Assembly (NCBI RefSeq): GCF_004010195.1
Contig: NC_057719.1
Coordinates: forward strand, 89,153,616 to 89,173,615
Source: Chiloscyllium plagiosum
Taxonomy: Eukaryota
Reading direction: 5' to 3'
DNA length: 20,000 nucleotides
In this document: one piece after another, positions 18,060 through 20,000 of the stretch
How the letters are laid out: each line of letters starts with the position of its first letter
Numbering within the stretch: position 1 is the stretch's first letter
Made by a program: the position numbers and the translations under genes
Notes under the pieces: model-generated
What the model saw: only the letters and a program-made list of their open reading frames with translations
The model's database searches: none
What the model was told of the DNA's origin: nothing

Positions 18060-18920
18060 GGACAATGATCACCTCCCAGCCACACACTGTCCTGATTTGT
18101 CTGACATCCAGCATTGGGTGTGCCGAAATTTCCTCCAATTACATTATGGGATGACTGAAGCCATTGTTTTCACTCCTAGTTATAAACTGAACTCCCTTAG
18201 TACTAACTCCATCCCTCTCCCCAATAACTGTTTGAGGCTGAACCAGACTGTTCACAATAATCGGGAAATATTTCACCCAAGATGTGTTTCCAACCACACA
18301 TCCTCATCATCATTAAGACAGTCTCGCATTTCCAGCTCAGTAACATCACCCGGTCTAACCCTAATCTCAGTGCATCTCTGTCGAAACGCTCATCCATTCT
18401 GATGTTACCTCTAGGCTTAAATATCCTTCCACACTCCCAACTGGCCTCCCACATTCAACCTCTCTGTAACCTTGAAGTCACCCAAAACTATGCTGCCTGA
18501 GTGCTCCTTCACATCCATTCCCATTCACCCTGTGCTCACTGACCTACATATTTCCTGGATGACAAAGCACTAAAATATTGAAATTCCTATTTAGAAATTA
18601 TGCCACAGCATGTCCTCTTGGTAACCTCCTCTAGCCTCACAACCCTCTGAAATACCATATATCCTAAAATTTCAACCACCTAAGCATTCCATCACTATCA
18701 CCATGCTTTCACCTTCCAAGACAATAAACCTCTCCAAACCTCCCTGATTTTCAACCTCACTTTCCTTCTTCAAGTTGCTCCTAAAAACCCATCACTTTGG
18801 CCCAGTTTTTGGCCACCTGTCCTAATATCTCCACAGGTGGCCTGATGGCAAATACTGTTTTACGACTATCCTGTGCAAAACCTCAGATCATTGTATGACT
18901 TTTAAAATGTGACAAATAGC
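18060..18920 (+). mobile_element. Old L2-clade LINE 3' fragment
   Basis: LSDIQHWVCRNFLQLHYGMTEAIVF (cf. WMxxNFLQLNxxKTE), LEVTQNYAA, PVLTDLH, FKLLLKTHHF. Confidence 0.82.
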
Positions 18921-18939
18921 CTGGTTCTTCACTATCATT

Positions 18940-19050
18940 TGATAACTCCTTACCAAACAGCATTAAGAAGCACCTTCACCACACGGATTGCAGCGGTTCT
19001 GCAAATTCACACATCATCATCTTCGCAGGTAGCAGGATTGATAATATTTA
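18940..19050 (+). mobile_element. Decayed CR1-group LINE 3' end
   Basis: AACTCCTTACCAAACAGCA...CACCACACGGATTGCAGCGGTTC (cf. WNSLP...GLQRFK). Confidence 0.45.
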
Positions 19051-19269
19051 CTGATAACTGTAGAGGGAGACACACAATTAATGTTTCAGATTATGCTGAA
19101 TAAATTACAGAGAACAAACATTGTGTAAAATTTAAGGTTAATGAAAGCTCAGAAGCAAAACAGAAAAGGACTGCACTACAGGAACAAAAACTTGACTGAG
19201 AAAGATACTCTGGGCAAGTAAAGTTTCTAAATCGACAGCAGATGGTCAGGGGATGACCTGAAGTTAATC

Positions 19270-19620
19270 TTGAGAGGGTGCAGAAAAGACATACAAAGAT
19301 GCTGCCAGGACTGGACGGTTTGAGCTATAGGGAGAGGCTGAATAGGCTGGGGATATTTTACCTCGAGTGTCAGAGGCTGAGAGGTGATCTTATCGACGTT
19401 TGGAAAATCATAAGGGGAATGGATAGAGTGAAAAGCCAAGGTCTTTTTGCCAGGCGGTGTGCCCAAAATTAGAGGGCAGAGGTTTAATGTGAGAGGGGAA
19501 AGACTGAAAAGAATTCTGAGGCACACCTTTTTCATGCAGAGGATGGTGCATGTATGGAACAAATAGCCAGATGAAGTCGTGGAGGCAGGTACAATTATAA
19601 CATTTAAAAAGCATCTGAAT
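19270..19620 (+). mobile_element. CR1 LINE ORF2 C-terminal fragment
   Basis: LERVQKRHTKMLPGLDGLSYRERLNRLGIFYLECQRLRGDLIDVWKIIRG...EVVEAGTIITFKKHLN. Confidence 0.92.
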
Positions 19621-20000
19621 TTTGGAAATTGGCAGATACGATATTGTGGGGATAACTGAGACGTGGCCTCAAGTGAACAAGGCCTGGGAAATTAATATTC
19701 AAGGCTACACGAGCTATCGTAAGGACAGACCGACGGGCAGAGGGGGTGGGGTGGCCATGTTGGTAAGTCCTTTGCGTGGGGGGACCTAGAATCAGGGGAT
19801 GTAGAGTGGATAGAGCTGAGAAATTCTAAGGGTAAAAAGACCCTCTTGGAAGTTATCTACAGGCCCCCAAACAGTAGTCTGGATGTCAGATGTAAGTTGA
19901 ATCAGGATCTGAAATTGGCCTGTCGCAAAGATGTTACTACAGTTGTTATGGGGGATTTCAACATGCAGGTAGACTGGGAGAATCAGGATGGTATTGGACC
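19621..20000 (+). mobile_element. CR1 LINE ORF2 APE endonuclease region (continues beyond window)
   Basis: YDIVGITETW, GYTSYRKDR..GRGGGVA, WIELRNSKG, VIYRPP, VMGDFN. Confidence 0.93.

Overview
Repeat-rich vertebrate DNA, almost certainly from a shark/cartilaginous fish (inferred from HE1-type V-SINEs, SacSINE1-type DeuSINEs and HER1/CR1 LINEs, all recognised by eye and not database-verified). The only intact gene is a minus-strand tandem C2H2 zinc-finger gene (5774-6829, 12 fingers, no effector domain). It sits in a decaying cluster of 3-4 paralogous ZNF relics, traceable through shared UTR sequence. The rest is nested mobile DNA: CR1 and L2 fragments, five HE1-type SINEs, DeuSINEs, a solo LTR, four Penelope-derived inserts (three with full or partial hammerhead-ribozyme motifs) and a 434-nt assembly gap. 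The best hidden signal is the 5' end of a class I (gamma/epsilon-like) endogenous retrovirus at about 297-1684 (-), made up of an LTR, a leader and a frameshifted myristoylated gag matrix that the ORF track misses. I found no evidence strong enough to claim a wholly new biological system. Many boundaries of degraded repeats are approximate.
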